Shown piece after piece: positions 53,625-63,655 of a stretch of 64,000 bases of DNA. The notes under the pieces were generated by a model, which worked only from the letters and a program-made list of their open reading frames with translations, did not search any database and was not told the DNA's origin. The stretch comes from Prochlorococcus sp. AG-402-G06 (GTDB lineage Bacteria; Cyanobacteriota; Cyanobacteriia; PCC-6307; Cyanobiaceae). How positions within the stretch are numbered: position 1 is the first letter of the stretch; each line of letters begins with the position of its first letter. The position numbers and the translations under genes were made by a program. Location: positions 36,396 to 100,395 of the forward strand of contig QCHR01000004.1 in assembly GCA_003277985.1 (NCBI GenBank), read 5' to 3'.

Positions 53625-54677
53625 TCAATCTCTAATTACATTTCTAGCAAAATCAGGTGTATCTAAAACTCGTCGCATCGATTTAAAATCATCTAAGACA
53701 AGACCACAACCATTTACAACACACAACAATGGTTCCTCAGCAACGTGTGTAAAAATTCCTGTTTCATGACTTAACAGATCACTAATTCCTCTAACTAGTG
53801 CTCCTCCCCCTGCCAGCATTATTCCCCTATCCACAATATCTGCAGCAAGCTCAGGGGGAGTTCTCTCTAAAGTTCTTTTGACAGCATCAACAATCTTATT
53901 CAATGGCTCTGACATGGCTTCTCGTAAATCACCTGCTTTCAAATTGATTGAACGAGGCAACCCTGACAAAAGATGTAATCCCCTTACATCTATTGATTGC
54001 AAATCAAATTCATTAGATGGAAAAGCTGAACCAATTTTAATTTTTATCTCTTCAGCTGTTCTTTCCCCAACTACTAAATTGTGTACTTTTTTCAAATAGG
54101 TTGCGATAGAGTCATTAATCTCATCACCAGCAACCCTTACAGATTCACTTAAAACTGTTCCACCAAGGCTTAAAACAGCTACTTCAGTAGTACCTCCCCC
54201 AATATCAACAATCATTGTTCCAATAGGCTCTGTCACTGGTAAAGAGGCTCCGATTGCAGCAGCCACAGGTTCATCAATCAAATGAACCTCTCTTGCTCCC
54301 GCAAGACCAGCTTCGCGCACTGCTCTTCTCTCTACACCAGTTACGCCACTAGGAATACCAACAACTAATCTTGGTGCAATAATTCCACGACCTTCATTGC
54401 ACTTTTGAATAAATGTCTTAAGCATTTGCTCAGCCGCATCAAAATCAGCAATAACACCATCCCTGAGGGGCCTAACAGCACGGATATTTCCTGGTGTACG
54501 ACCTAACATTAATTTCGCATCATCGCCTACAGCGAGAGGAAGTCCTTCTTCTAAATCCATTGCTACAACTGAAGGTTCCTGCAATACAATTCCCTTGCCA
54601 GAAACATAAATCAAAGTATTTGCGGTACCTAAATCAATCCCTATATCTCGGGAGAATTTGAAACGGTTAAAAAACAC
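53625..54677 (-). CDS. mreB: Actin-like cell shape protein
   Basis: DIGIDLGTANT, RPLRDGVIAD, DIGGGTTEVA, LAGGGA; GTG 54677 preferred over TTG 54686. Confidence 0.96.
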   Translation of the reverse strand: MFFNRFKFSRDIGIDLGTANTLIYVSGKGIVLQEPSVVAMDLEEGLPLAVGDDAKLMLGRTPGNIRAVRPLRDGVIADFDAAEQMLKTFIQKCNEGRGIIAPRLVVGIPSGVTGVERRAVREAGLAGAREVHLIDEPVAAAIGASLPVTEPIGTMIVDIGGGTTEVAVLSLGGTVLSESVRVAGDEINDSIATYLKKVHNLVVGERTAEEIKIKIGSAFPSNEFDLQSIDVRGLHLLSGLPRSINLKAGDLREAMSEPLNKIVDAVKRTLERTPPELAADIVDRGIMLAGGGALVRGISDLLSHETGIFTHVAEEPLLCVVNGCGLVLDDFKSMRRVLDTPDFARNVIRD

Positions 54678-54762
54678 GGATTTCAATCATTTGAGCCATC
54701 ATAAAGAGAGTTGAACTAAGATAAATATATTATTTAGCAACCAATAAACATCGGAGGCAATA

Positions 54763-55152
54763 ATGGCAATAAATTCAGTCACTCTTGTTGGCAGAGCAGG
54801 AAGAGATCCTGAAGTTAGATATTTTGAATCTGGAACGGTGGTAGCAAACCTAACTATGGCTGTAAATAGACGCAATCGTAATGATGAGCCAGATTGGTTC
54901 AATCTTGAAATTTGGGGAAAACAAGCCCAAGTCGCAGCAGATTACGTAAAAAAAGGTTCTTTGATCGGTGTCACTGGTAGCTTCAAATTGGATAGCTGGA
55001 AGGATCGCAATACTGGAGAGGATAGAAATAAACCAGTTGTTAGAGTGGATCGTCTTGAATTATTGGGATCAAAAAGAGATTCAGAAAATAATAATTTCCA
55101 AAACAACAATTCATATGATCAACAACCAAACAACGATGATATTCCATTTTAA
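54763..55152 (+). CDS. ssb: Single-stranded DNA-binding protein
   Basis: NSVTLVGRAGRDPEVRY, WGKQA, DDIPF tail; GGAGG RBS. Confidence 0.96.
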   Translation: MAINSVTLVGRAGRDPEVRYFESGTVVANLTMAVNRRNRNDEPDWFNLEIWGKQAQVAADYVKKGSLIGVTGSFKLDSWKDRNTGEDRNKPVVRVDRLELLGSKRDSENNNFQNNNSYDQQPNNDDIPF

Positions 55153-55162
55153 AATATGTTTT

Positions 55163-55819
55163 TTAATTATTAATTAGTTTACGGAGTGTTTTATAAATTA
55201 AAGTTATTAATGTGCCAGAGAGAATGAATAAAATAATTGTTTTAAAGATACTTGAAAAAGGACTTATCCAGCCTTCAATATTTGTATAATTGTCGCCCAA
55301 ATAAAAACCTGTGATTGTTAAAAACAAGGTCCAAATTAGACTTCCTGCAGTCGTCCAAATTAGGAATGGGGTTATGGGCATCAACTCAACCCCAGCTGGA
55401 ACTGAGATTAAAGTCCTAATTCCTGGTACTAATCTTCCCCAAAACACCAAAGAGACTCCATATCTGTTAAACCATTTGCGACTTCGCGAAAGTTCCTGAG
55501 GATTAATTCCAATCCAACGTCCATTTTTCTCAAGCCATTGCTCAAGTCTTTCTTCATTGACTAACCTACCAATTCCATACCAAGGCAAAGCCCCAACTAC
55601 AGTTCCTAATAAACCTGCTAAAACAACTGGTAACAAATCCAATTGACCTTGAGACACATAAAACCCACCCAGCGGCATTATCAACTCCGAAGGAATTGGT
55701 GGAATTAGATTTTCTAAAAACATTGCAATTAAAATCGCCCCATAACCAATCCAAGGGTTAATCTCAACTGCATTTCCTATGAATACTGGTAAAGAAGATA
55801 CAAATTCTGTTATGTCCAT
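55163..55819 (-). CDS. DedA family membrane protein
   Basis: FLENLIPPIPSELIMPLGG, GRLVPGIRTLISVPAG. Confidence 0.92.
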   Translation of the reverse strand: MDITEFVSSLPVFIGNAVEINPWIGYGAILIAMFLENLIPPIPSELIMPLGGFYVSQGQLDLLPVVLAGLLGTVVGALPWYGIGRLVNEERLEQWLEKNGRWIGINPQELSRSRKWFNRYGVSLVFWGRLVPGIRTLISVPAGVELMPITPFLIWTTAGSLIWTLFLTITGFYLGDNYTNIEGWISPFSSIFKTIILFILSGTLITLIYKTLRKLINN

Positions 55820-55842
55820 TTAGTTTGAATTATTTATATAAA

Positions 55843-57276
55843 CTAATAACGATATTGATCTGTCTTGTAGGGACCTTCAATTGGAACATTAATATAATCA
55901 GCTTGTTCTTCAGTAAGTTTAGTTAACTTTGCTCCTATTTTTTCTAAATGAAGAATGGCTACCATTTCATCTAAATGTTTTGGTAAAACATAAACTTTAT
56001 TCAAATATTTAACTCCATATTTGAATAACTCAATTTGAGCTAATACTTGATTAGTAAAAGAATTACTCATAACAAAACTTGGATGACCAGTAGCACATCC
56101 TAGGTTGACTAATCTTCCTTCTGCCAAAAGAATTATCTTATTACCACTTGGTAGAGTTATGTGATCTACTTGAGGTTTAATATTTTCCCATTCATAGGAT
56201 TTTAAAGAAGAGACCTCTATTTCATTATCAAAATGACCGATATTGCAAACTATGGATTCATTCTTCATCCTGATCAAATGCTCATGACGAATAACTTGAA
56301 AATTTCCAGTGGCAGTAACAAAAATATCTACATCTTCAACGACCTCATCTAATCTGACGACTCTAAAACCTTCCATTGCCGCTTGAAGAGCGCAAATAGG
56401 ATCTATTTCAGAGATCATTACGGTTGCCCCTAGACCCCTCAGAGACTGAGCAGAACCTTTTCCAACATCTCCATACCCCATAACAAGTGCAACCTTCCCA
56501 GCCACCATTACATCTGTAGCTCTTTTAATTCCATCTACTAGTGATTCTCGGCATCCATAGAGATTATCAAACTTACTTTTGGTAACAGAATCATTTACAT
56601 TTATTGCTGGGAAAACAAGTTCACCACTTTTTTCCATCTGGTAAAGGCGGGCTACACCAGTTGTGGTTTCCTCAGTAACACCTTTGATAAAAGATTTTGC
56701 TTTTGAATAAAAATTTGAATCTTGAGAAAGTTTTTTCTTAATAGAGGCAAATAATGCAATTTCCTCTTCATTGGAAGGATTATCAAGAACGGAAATATTT
56801 TTTTCTGCTTTAGCACCCAAAATTATTAACCCAGTAGCATCACCCCCATCATCAAGGATCATATTTGCGGATTCACCATCTTCCCACTCAAAAATCTTGT
56901 GAGTATATTCCCAATACTCTTCTAATGATTCACCCTTCTTTGCAAAAACAGGAATTCCAGCATTGGCCATAGCAGCTGCAGCATGGTCTTGGGTAGAGAA
57001 AATATTGCAAGATGCCCATCTGACTTTTGCTCCTAATGCTACTAGGGTCTCTATAAGAACTCCTGTTTGAATTGTCATATGGAGGCTTCCAGCAATAAAA
57101 GCTCCTTTTAGTGGTTTTTCAGTTCCATATTTTTTTCTGAGTGCCATCAGCCCAGGCATTTCAGTTTCTGCGATTAAAAGCTCTTTTCTACCAAATGCAG
57201 CTTCGTTTATATTCTGAACTACGTAATCAGAGTTATCCTCGATGGCATTGAGATTTGATTTGGTTGCTGTAAACAT
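55843..57276 (-). CDS. ahcY: Adenosylhomocysteinase
   Basis: [50 protein letters not shown]; start moved to ATG 57276. Confidence 0.97.
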   Translation of the reverse strand: MFTATKSNLNAIEDNSDYVVQNINEAAFGRKELLIAETEMPGLMALRKKYGTEKPLKGAFIAGSLHMTIQTGVLIETLVALGAKVRWASCNIFSTQDHAAAAMANAGIPVFAKKGESLEEYWEYTHKIFEWEDGESANMILDDGGDATGLIILGAKAEKNISVLDNPSNEEEIALFASIKKKLSQDSNFYSKAKSFIKGVTEETTTGVARLYQMEKSGELVFPAINVNDSVTKSKFDNLYGCRESLVDGIKRATDVMVAGKVALVMGYGDVGKGSAQSLRGLGATVMISEIDPICALQAAMEGFRVVRLDEVVEDVDIFVTATGNFQVIRHEHLIRMKNESIVCNIGHFDNEIEVSSLKSYEWENIKPQVDHITLPSGNKIILLAEGRLVNLGCATGHPSFVMSNSFTNQVLAQIELFKYGVKYLNKVYVLPKHLDEMVAILHLEKIGAKLTKLTEEQADYINVPIEGPYKTDQYRY

Positions 57277-57299
57277 ATGTAAAACTCCCAATAGGGATC

Positions 57300-57791
57300 G
57301 TGAATAAAAAGTCTGAAGAAAAATTTGAGGTTGTGAAATCAATCAGCCAACAAAATGGAAATTTACGCTGGACATTAGATAGTCCTGAGTCAACAATTAC
57401 ATTTGGTTCAACGTTAACAAAAAATTTTCCTAATCTCAGCATTCTTTTACTAAATGGTCCAATTGGCTCAGGAAAAACAACATTTGTGAAGGGCATCGCA
57501 AAAAGTCTTGGTATTGAAGAGCCAATAACATCACCAACCTTTCCATTATCACAACACTATCCTTCTGGATCTCCACCTTTAGTACATCTTGATCTATATA
57601 GACTTGATAACCCATCCATAGCAAACGAATTCTTTATTCAAGAAGAGGAACAATCTAGAGCCATGGGTGCGTTAATGGTCGTAGAATGGCCAGAAAGATT
57701 ATCACTATTAATAGAAGATTCTTGGAGAGGAAAATTAGAGTATATCCCAAATAAAAAAGGAAGATCTTTTCAACTAATACCTCCTTTGTGA
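57300..57791 (+). CDS. tsaE: tRNA threonylcarbamoyladenosine biosynthesis ATPase
   Basis: [25 protein letters not shown]; start uncertain. Confidence 0.9.
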   Translation: MNKKSEEKFEVVKSISQQNGNLRWTLDSPESTITFGSTLTKNFPNLSILLLNGPIGSGKTTFVKGIAKSLGIEEPITSPTFPLSQHYPSGSPPLVHLDLYRLDNPSIANEFFIQEEEQSRAMGALMVVEWPERLSLLIEDSWRGKLEYIPNKKGRSFQLIPPL

Positions 57792-58786
57792 GTAGACAAC
57801 AACTTATTAACATCTTCTAGATATGGTTGTGACTCAATTGCTCCAATCCCTTGACATACAAAAGCTCCACAACCTATAGCAAATTTAATAATATCCTCAC
57901 ACTGATTACAACTTATTTTATCTAAGTTAACGGATAGTATTTTATATATCAAACCAGCCGTAAAAGCATCTCCAGCTCCAGTTGTATCTACTATTGATGA
58001 AAGTTTAATTGGATTTGTACTACCATTATTTTTATTTAGTAACCAATGGACAGCATTAGCTCCATCCGTTACTACAATAGATGGTTTTTTAGGTAACATT
58101 GATGAAATCTCTATGGGATTAAAAGAATTAAAAAACCATTGAGCTTCTTCCTTTGCGAGTTTAATTAATGAAACCTTATTTAAAAGAGGTTTTATGATAT
58201 TAACTTCTTCAATTGAAGGACCTGGATTTTTCGACATTTCACTTCGCCAAAAAGTAGGGCGCCAGTTCAAATCTAGTGCGATTTTAATTCCATCATTCAA
58301 AGCTTTGTCAATAATCCATAAAAATGCTTCCAATGCGTTTTCTGAAGCCATCGGAATTGTTCCGATTATTAACCATTGAGTTTGATTTGAAATCAAAGGC
58401 CATTGTTTGATAGTTTTTTCGAGTGATATAAACTGATCAGCAAAACCAAAACCTTTATCCCCAATAAAACCTCCAAAAGTCCTTTCACCAAGTAAATCTC
58501 TACGAACCAATACGACCCTAGTAGGAAGTGACTTAGCCTGATGTAAACCAATTACATTGACTCCTCTTTTAGTAAATAAATTCTTAAATTGATCACCAAA
58601 ATAATCATTTCCAATTGAGCCCAAAAATGAAACATTAACTCCTAAACGACTTAAGGCACAGGCAACGTTGGCTGGAGCACCACCGTAACAATCCGTGACT
58701 GGCTTATCAACAGCAGGATCACCTCCAAGGGGGCCCATCCGGTCAATTAAAGCTTCTCCGAGGGAAATTACATTGGCTCTAGTCAT
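57770..58786 (-). CDS. PfkB-family carbohydrate kinase (fructokinase-like)
   Basis: GEALID, GGAPANVA, DLNWR, VDTTGAGDAFTAG. Confidence 0.9.
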   Translation of the reverse strand: MTRANVISLGEALIDRMGPLGGDPAVDKPVTDCYGGAPANVACALSRLGVNVSFLGSIGNDYFGDQFKNLFTKRGVNVIGLHQAKSLPTRVVLVRRDLLGERTFGGFIGDKGFGFADQFISLEKTIKQWPLISNQTQWLIIGTIPMASENALEAFLWIIDKALNDGIKIALDLNWRPTFWRSEMSKNPGPSIEEVNIIKPLLNKVSLIKLAKEEAQWFFNSFNPIEISSMLPKKPSIVVTDGANAVHWLLNKNNGSTNPIKLSSIVDTTGAGDAFTAGLIYKILSVNLDKISCNQCEDIIKFAIGCGAFVCQGIGAIESQPYLEDVNKLLSTHKGGIS

Positions 58787-58821
58787 TTGGGAAAAATTAT
58801 TAGAAGAATTTTAAAAACAAA

Positions 58822-59967
58822 TTATTTTTCTATTGCAAGATATTTCTCTAACTTGTGAATGATTTTTGTGTTAGCTGCAGGGAAAGGAAAATCACAAAGT
58901 TGGCTTGGAGCAACCCAAAGAACTTTTTGACTAGCTAGAGGCTTTGGGGTTCCAGAAATCCATTCACAGATGTGAACTACCAAATGTAATTTCATGTGGC
59001 TATATGCATGTGTGAAAGATAAAAGCTTTTCTCCTACTTTAATATCAATCCCTAACTCTTCATTTATTTCTCTTTCAATAGTCTCTTCAATCGATTCTGA
59101 GGACTCTTTTTTACCTCCTGGGAATTCCCACATCCCACCCATATTTGAATCTTCAGGACGCTGATCAATAAGTAATTGCCCTTGTTTATTAAAAACGATT
59201 CCAATTCCTATTTCTTTAGTAGGTATAATTTTTTTCATATCTTTTTTAGGAAAATTATTTGGTTCGTACTTTATATAAGCAAGACAATAATTTTGAATAG
59301 GGCAAGAACAACAACTTGGATTTTTTATAGTACAAACCATTGATCCTAAATCCATCAAAGCTTGATTAAAGTTCCTTGGATTATTAATAGGAAGTAATTT
59401 TGAACTTAACTTCCATAGTCTTCTTTCATCAGAGCTAGGGGTTCTATTGCTAGCATACAATCTTGATAAAATTCTTTTGACATTACCGTCCAAAATTGGC
59501 GCCGGCAAATCAAAAGCAGATGAAATAATACTACCGGCTGTTGTTCTCCCAATTCCTGGAAGTGCCATCCATACATCTAATTCGACTGGCCACATTAAAG
59601 GATCCAGAACTTTATCTTTCCCAATCATATTAATTAATATTTTAGAGGACTTAAATATGCGTTTAGCCCTAGAGTAATATCCAAGACCTTGCCATTCCAA
59701 AAGAACATCATTTTCATCACCATCAGCCAGAACTTTTAAATTTGGGAAAGTCATCATCCATTTCTTCCAGTAAGGCATGACGACCTTTAACTGGGTCTGC
59801 TGAAGCATTATTTCAGCAATCCAAATACCGTAAGGAGAAATACTTTCACCAGGTTTGGGTAATAAGTAATCTTTATTTAATTTCCATGGTATCCAATGAC
59901 GACCATGAGTACTAAACCAACCTAAAATGCTACTTTGAATATCATTGACAGAATAAATAATATTCAT
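58822..59967 (-). CDS. mutY: A/G-specific adenine glycosylase with a C-terminal Nudix (MutT-like) domain
   Basis: EIMLQQTQ, WQGLGYYSRA, HhH LPGIGRTTAG, DGNVKR, CX6CX2CX5C Fe-S motif, then WEFPGGK...REINEELG. Confidence 0.93.
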   Translation of the reverse strand: MNIIYSVNDIQSSILGWFSTHGRHWIPWKLNKDYLLPKPGESISPYGIWIAEIMLQQTQLKVVMPYWKKWMMTFPNLKVLADGDENDVLLEWQGLGYYSRAKRIFKSSKILINMIGKDKVLDPLMWPVELDVWMALPGIGRTTAGSIISSAFDLPAPILDGNVKRILSRLYASNRTPSSDERRLWKLSSKLLPINNPRNFNQALMDLGSMVCTIKNPSCCSCPIQNYCLAYIKYEPNNFPKKDMKKIIPTKEIGIGIVFNKQGQLLIDQRPEDSNMGGMWEFPGGKKESSESIEETIEREINEELGIDIKVGEKLLSFTHAYSHMKLHLVVHICEWISGTPKPLASQKVLWVAPSQLCDFPFPAANTKIIHKLEKYLAIEK

Positions 59968-60070
59968 TATCAAATTCTCTAGAGGTTAATACAATAAATA
60001 AAAATCTATATACCTTAGCCTATTTAATTTTTGATGAACAGAAGCCAAGATTTTATGATGTTACTTATTT

Positions 60071-60658
60071 TCAAAGATTTAGATTCTTCTCTATTAAATC
60101 AATTATTAAATGACCAATCAAAATATGTACTTCTTGAATTCTCGCAGTTGAATTTGATGGAATAATTAATTTCTGTGAAAATAAATCTACAGAAGTACCT
60201 CCATCTCTTCCTAAAAGACCAACAGTTTCTACGCCAAGATTTTTCGCTGTCAATACCGCTTCTTTTATATTTTCGCTATTTCCAGATGTTGATATTGCAA
60301 TCAATATGTCCCCGTCCTTTGCTAAGGCCTCTAATTGTCTAGAAAATATTTTATCAAAGTTATAATCATTTGATATTGCAGTTAATATCGAGGAATCAGT
60401 AGTTAATGCTACTGACTTGAGTGGGACCCGATCAGAAATAAATCTACAAACAAGATCAGCAGCAAGATGTTGACTATCTGCCGCACTACCTCCATTACCA
60501 CACCAAAATAATGTTCCACCTCGCGATAGTGAATCCGAGGCAAGTTTGGCTATTTTTTGGGTACCTGAAATAATTAATTCCTTATTTTCAATAATTAGTT
60601 CAACATGATCTGTTAATTGTTCAGATAGAGTTGAATTTTGAAATTGAATATCCGTCAT
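60071..60658 (-). CDS. gmhA: Sedoheptulose-7-phosphate isomerase
   Basis: CGNGGSAADSQH, TAISNDY, ISTSGNS, TARIQEVH. Confidence 0.93.
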   Translation of the reverse strand: MTDIQFQNSTLSEQLTDHVELIIENKELIISGTQKIAKLASDSLSRGGTLFWCGNGGSAADSQHLAADLVCRFISDRVPLKSVALTTDSSILTAISNDYNFDKIFSRQLEALAKDGDILIAISTSGNSENIKEAVLTAKNLGVETVGLLGRDGGTSVDLFSQKLIIPSNSTARIQEVHILIGHLIIDLIEKNLNL

Positions 60659-60797
60659 TTCAATATATTAGACGAACAAATATAGAAGTTAAGTAGTTTA
60701 GCTTAAAAAAGTAAAGAAGAAAATAATAAATTTAATTATTCAGAAGAAAGAATGTGATCAAACATCGTATACTGGTTTTGAAAACAAAAATTACTTT

Positions 60798-61766
60798 GTG
60801 ATTGATAAAAATATTCTGATAATAACTGGATGCGAAGGCTTTATTGGCAGTAATGTGGCAACCTATTTTAACCTGAAAAAAACTAAATACAACTTAATAG
60901 GCTGTGGTTCATTAAATAGTAAAGAGAAATTTTTTAACATTAACAAATTAAATCTAATCGATTATTGGGATAAATCTGAACTTTTTGAAAACCTAAATAA
61001 AATAAATCATAAATCTTTAGCAGGGATTATTCATCTTGGAGCCTGTAGTTCTACAGATAATTGGAATTCTAAATACCTATTGTCTAACAACACAAGATTT
61101 AGCAACAAATTAGTTGATCTTTGCATACAGAAAGAGATAAGAATGATACATGCTTCATCAGCTTCTGTATATGGAATAAAGGGAGAACAAAGTAAAGAGA
61201 ATCCAAATCATACAGTTCCTATTAATATGTACGCCTTTTCCAAACTTCTAACTGACAAATATATAACATTTCATTATCCTAATCAAAATCTAATTACATC
61301 TCTTCGGTTTTTTAACGTCTTTGGATTAAATGAAAGACATAAGCTCGGGATGGCAAGTCCTATACATACATTTAATGAACAAGCAATATCATCATCAGTT
61401 ATTAAACTATTTAAAGAAAATAGTGATATTAACTTATATCAGAGAGATTTCATTAATGTTTATGACATAGCTAAATTAATCAGTATTCTTTTGCCTAGAA
61501 GAGATTTAAAAAGTATCTATGATGCAGGTTCCGGAAAAGCAACTTCATTCAGGCAAGTAGCCAATGAAGTTGCGAAGTGGTGGAATAGAAATGGGAAGTC
61601 TGTAGAAATCAAAGACATAGATTTCCCATCCAAACTTAAAAACTCATATCAGAAATATACATGCGCAAATATGAGTTACTTAGATTCATTGAACATAGAT
61701 TGGAAGCCTATAAATACAATCAAAGCAATAGAAGACTTTCTCAATAAAACTAATATAGTAGAATGA
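60798..61766 (+). CDS. hldD: ADP-L-glycero-D-manno-heptose 6-epimerase-like extended SDR
   Basis: ITGCEGFIGSN, HLGACSST, ASSASVYG, YAFSK, RFFNVFG..E.HK..MAS, YQKYTCA. Confidence 0.82.
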   Translation: MIDKNILIITGCEGFIGSNVATYFNLKKTKYNLIGCGSLNSKEKFFNINKLNLIDYWDKSELFENLNKINHKSLAGIIHLGACSSTDNWNSKYLLSNNTRFSNKLVDLCIQKEIRMIHASSASVYGIKGEQSKENPNHTVPINMYAFSKLLTDKYITFHYPNQNLITSLRFFNVFGLNERHKLGMASPIHTFNEQAISSSVIKLFKENSDINLYQRDFINVYDIAKLISILLPRRDLKSIYDAGSGKATSFRQVANEVAKWWNRNGKSVEIKDIDFPSKLKNSYQKYTCANMSYLDSLNIDWKPINTIKAIEDFLNKTNIVE

Positions 61767-61788
61767 ATATTTCAATAGTATGCATTAA

Positions 61789-63117
61789 ATGAAATTTCTT
61801 GTGGTTGGAGAAGTTTTTCTTGATGAAAATATTATTGGCATGTCAGATCGACTTTCTCCAGAAGCACCAGTTCCTGTTCTATACAATAGTAAATGTAAAA
61901 AACATTTAGGTGGAGCAGCAAATGTCGCTAAAAATATATCTAGTCTAGGAGGCGATGTTAGTTTATTAACTCTAATAGGCAATGATAAGGCAGGAGAAAC
62001 GGTTAAATTAATGTTGCAAGAAAGTAACGTAAATTTAATTGAAATTAATATTTTTTCTGAAGTAACAATCCGTAAAATACGTTTTATAGCAAATCAACAG
62101 CATCTTTTAAGGCATGATATTGAAACGAAAATTGATCTAAATAGTTCAAATTATTTTGCGAATTATTTATATGAAATCAGCAATGATTTTGATGTCATAG
62201 TCATCTCAGATTACAATAAAGGATTGCTGCAGGCAATTAAAACAGAGAAATTAAAGTTACTTGTTGGATCAAAGCCTATATATATTGACAGCAAATCATG
62301 TGCGGAAGATTTGATAAAAGGAGCTACGATATACAAGCCTAATAGGCCAGAACTTGATTATATATGTGAGAAATGTATCACCCAAGGATTAGATACAAAG
62401 GAGAAAATAGATTATGTAATGAATAAATATAACCTACCTAAATTGTTATTGACTTTAGGTGATAATGGTATGATTTTAGCAACTAAAGTAAACAGTGAAA
62501 TTACACTAGAGACTTTACCTGTTCACAAAAAAGATGTCTATGATGTTACGGGCGCAGGAGATACTGTTATTTCAGTATTAGCCTTCTGCGTTTCATTAGG
62601 AATGTCAGTGTTAGATTCCTCAAAAAAAGCAAATTATATTGCTTCCAAGTGCGTTAGTGTTTTGGGAAATTATACCGCCACAAAAGAAGATCTAAAAGAA
62701 GCTAGTGAATTAACAATTTTTACAAATGGATGTTTTGATATCTTACATATTGGTCATGTTAAATTGCTCGAGTCATGCAAAGCTTTGGGTGGGAAAGTAA
62801 TAGTTGGGCTTAATTCTGATAAATCCGTTAAAAAGCTTAAAGGAGAAGAAAGGCCATTTAACAATGTACAAGCAAGAAAGGAATTACTTGAAAACCTAAA
62901 AGTAGTAGATCAAGTCATTGTTTTTGAAGAAGAGACTCCATATGAACTAATTAAAAAAATTCAACCTGATATAATTGTTAAAGGAGGAGATTATCAAAAG
63001 GAAGATATCATTGGGAAAGACATTGTTGAAGAAAAAGGAGGAAGAGTTGAAATATTTCCATTTGTTGGAAATTATTCCACAACATTATTAGCTAAAAAGA
63101 TTAAAGGGAATGAATAA
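61789..63117 (+). CDS. hldE: Bifunctional heptose-7-phosphate kinase / heptose-1-phosphate adenylyltransferase
   Basis: RLSPEAPVPV, GGAANVA, SDYNKG, DVTGAGDTV, then FTNGCFDILHIGH, GLNSDKSV..LKG..RP, VKGGDY. Confidence 0.93.
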   Translation: MKFLVVGEVFLDENIIGMSDRLSPEAPVPVLYNSKCKKHLGGAANVAKNISSLGGDVSLLTLIGNDKAGETVKLMLQESNVNLIEINIFSEVTIRKIRFIANQQHLLRHDIETKIDLNSSNYFANYLYEISNDFDVIVISDYNKGLLQAIKTEKLKLLVGSKPIYIDSKSCAEDLIKGATIYKPNRPELDYICEKCITQGLDTKEKIDYVMNKYNLPKLLLTLGDNGMILATKVNSEITLETLPVHKKDVYDVTGAGDTVISVLAFCVSLGMSVLDSSKKANYIASKCVSVLGNYTATKEDLKEASELTIFTNGCFDILHIGHVKLLESCKALGGKVIVGLNSDKSVKKLKGEERPFNNVQARKELLENLKVVDQVIVFEEETPYELIKKIQPDIIVKGGDYQKEDIIGKDIVEEKGGRVEIFPFVGNYSTTLLAKKIKGNE

Positions 63118-63640
63118 AGCATTATTTTTGGATCGAGATGGTGTAATTAATATCGACAAAAAATATATCTATAAATTTAATGACTTAATTTTCACTGATG
63201 GTATAAAAGAACTTATAAAATCTGCAAAGCGTAAATCTTACAAAATCATATGTATTACTAATCAAAGTGGAATTGCTAGAGGTTTTTATAAAGAAAAAGA
63301 CTTAAAATCATTTATGAACTATTTGAACCAAAGCCTAATAAGTTCAATTGGTTATGAATTAGATAGATATTACTTTTGTCCACATCACCCTGATGGAATT
63401 ATTAAGGAGTATAGCTATATATGCGACTGCCGAAAACCTGCTACAGGTTTATTCAAAAAAGCATGTAATGAGTTCAATATAGATTGCAAAAAGTCTATTT
63501 TTATTGGTGATAAGTTATCAGACTTGCAAGCAGCTGATTCTATGAATATAAAAACTATCTACTTTTATTCAACAGCAAATATTATTTACGAAAATCAAAG
63601 ATATATATCAATTAATAACATTGAAAAAGTTAAATTATGA
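63110..63640 (+). CDS. gmhB: D-glycero-D-manno-heptose-1,7-bisphosphate phosphatase
   Basis: FLDRDGVIN, TNQSGIARG, CPHHP, CDCRKP, IGDK.SD. Confidence 0.92.
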   Translation: MNKALFLDRDGVINIDKKYIYKFNDLIFTDGIKELIKSAKRKSYKIICITNQSGIARGFYKEKDLKSFMNYLNQSLISSIGYELDRYYFCPHHPDGIIKEYSYICDCRKPATGLFKKACNEFNIDCKKSIFIGDKLSDLQAADSMNIKTIYFYSTANIIYENQRYISINNIEKVKL

Positions 63641-63655
63641 TAATTATATTTTAAT

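Noticed and set aside
57277-57400. Possible SAH riboswitch upstream of ahcY
   Set aside because: No recognisable aptamer consensus; the region is tsaE coding sequence.
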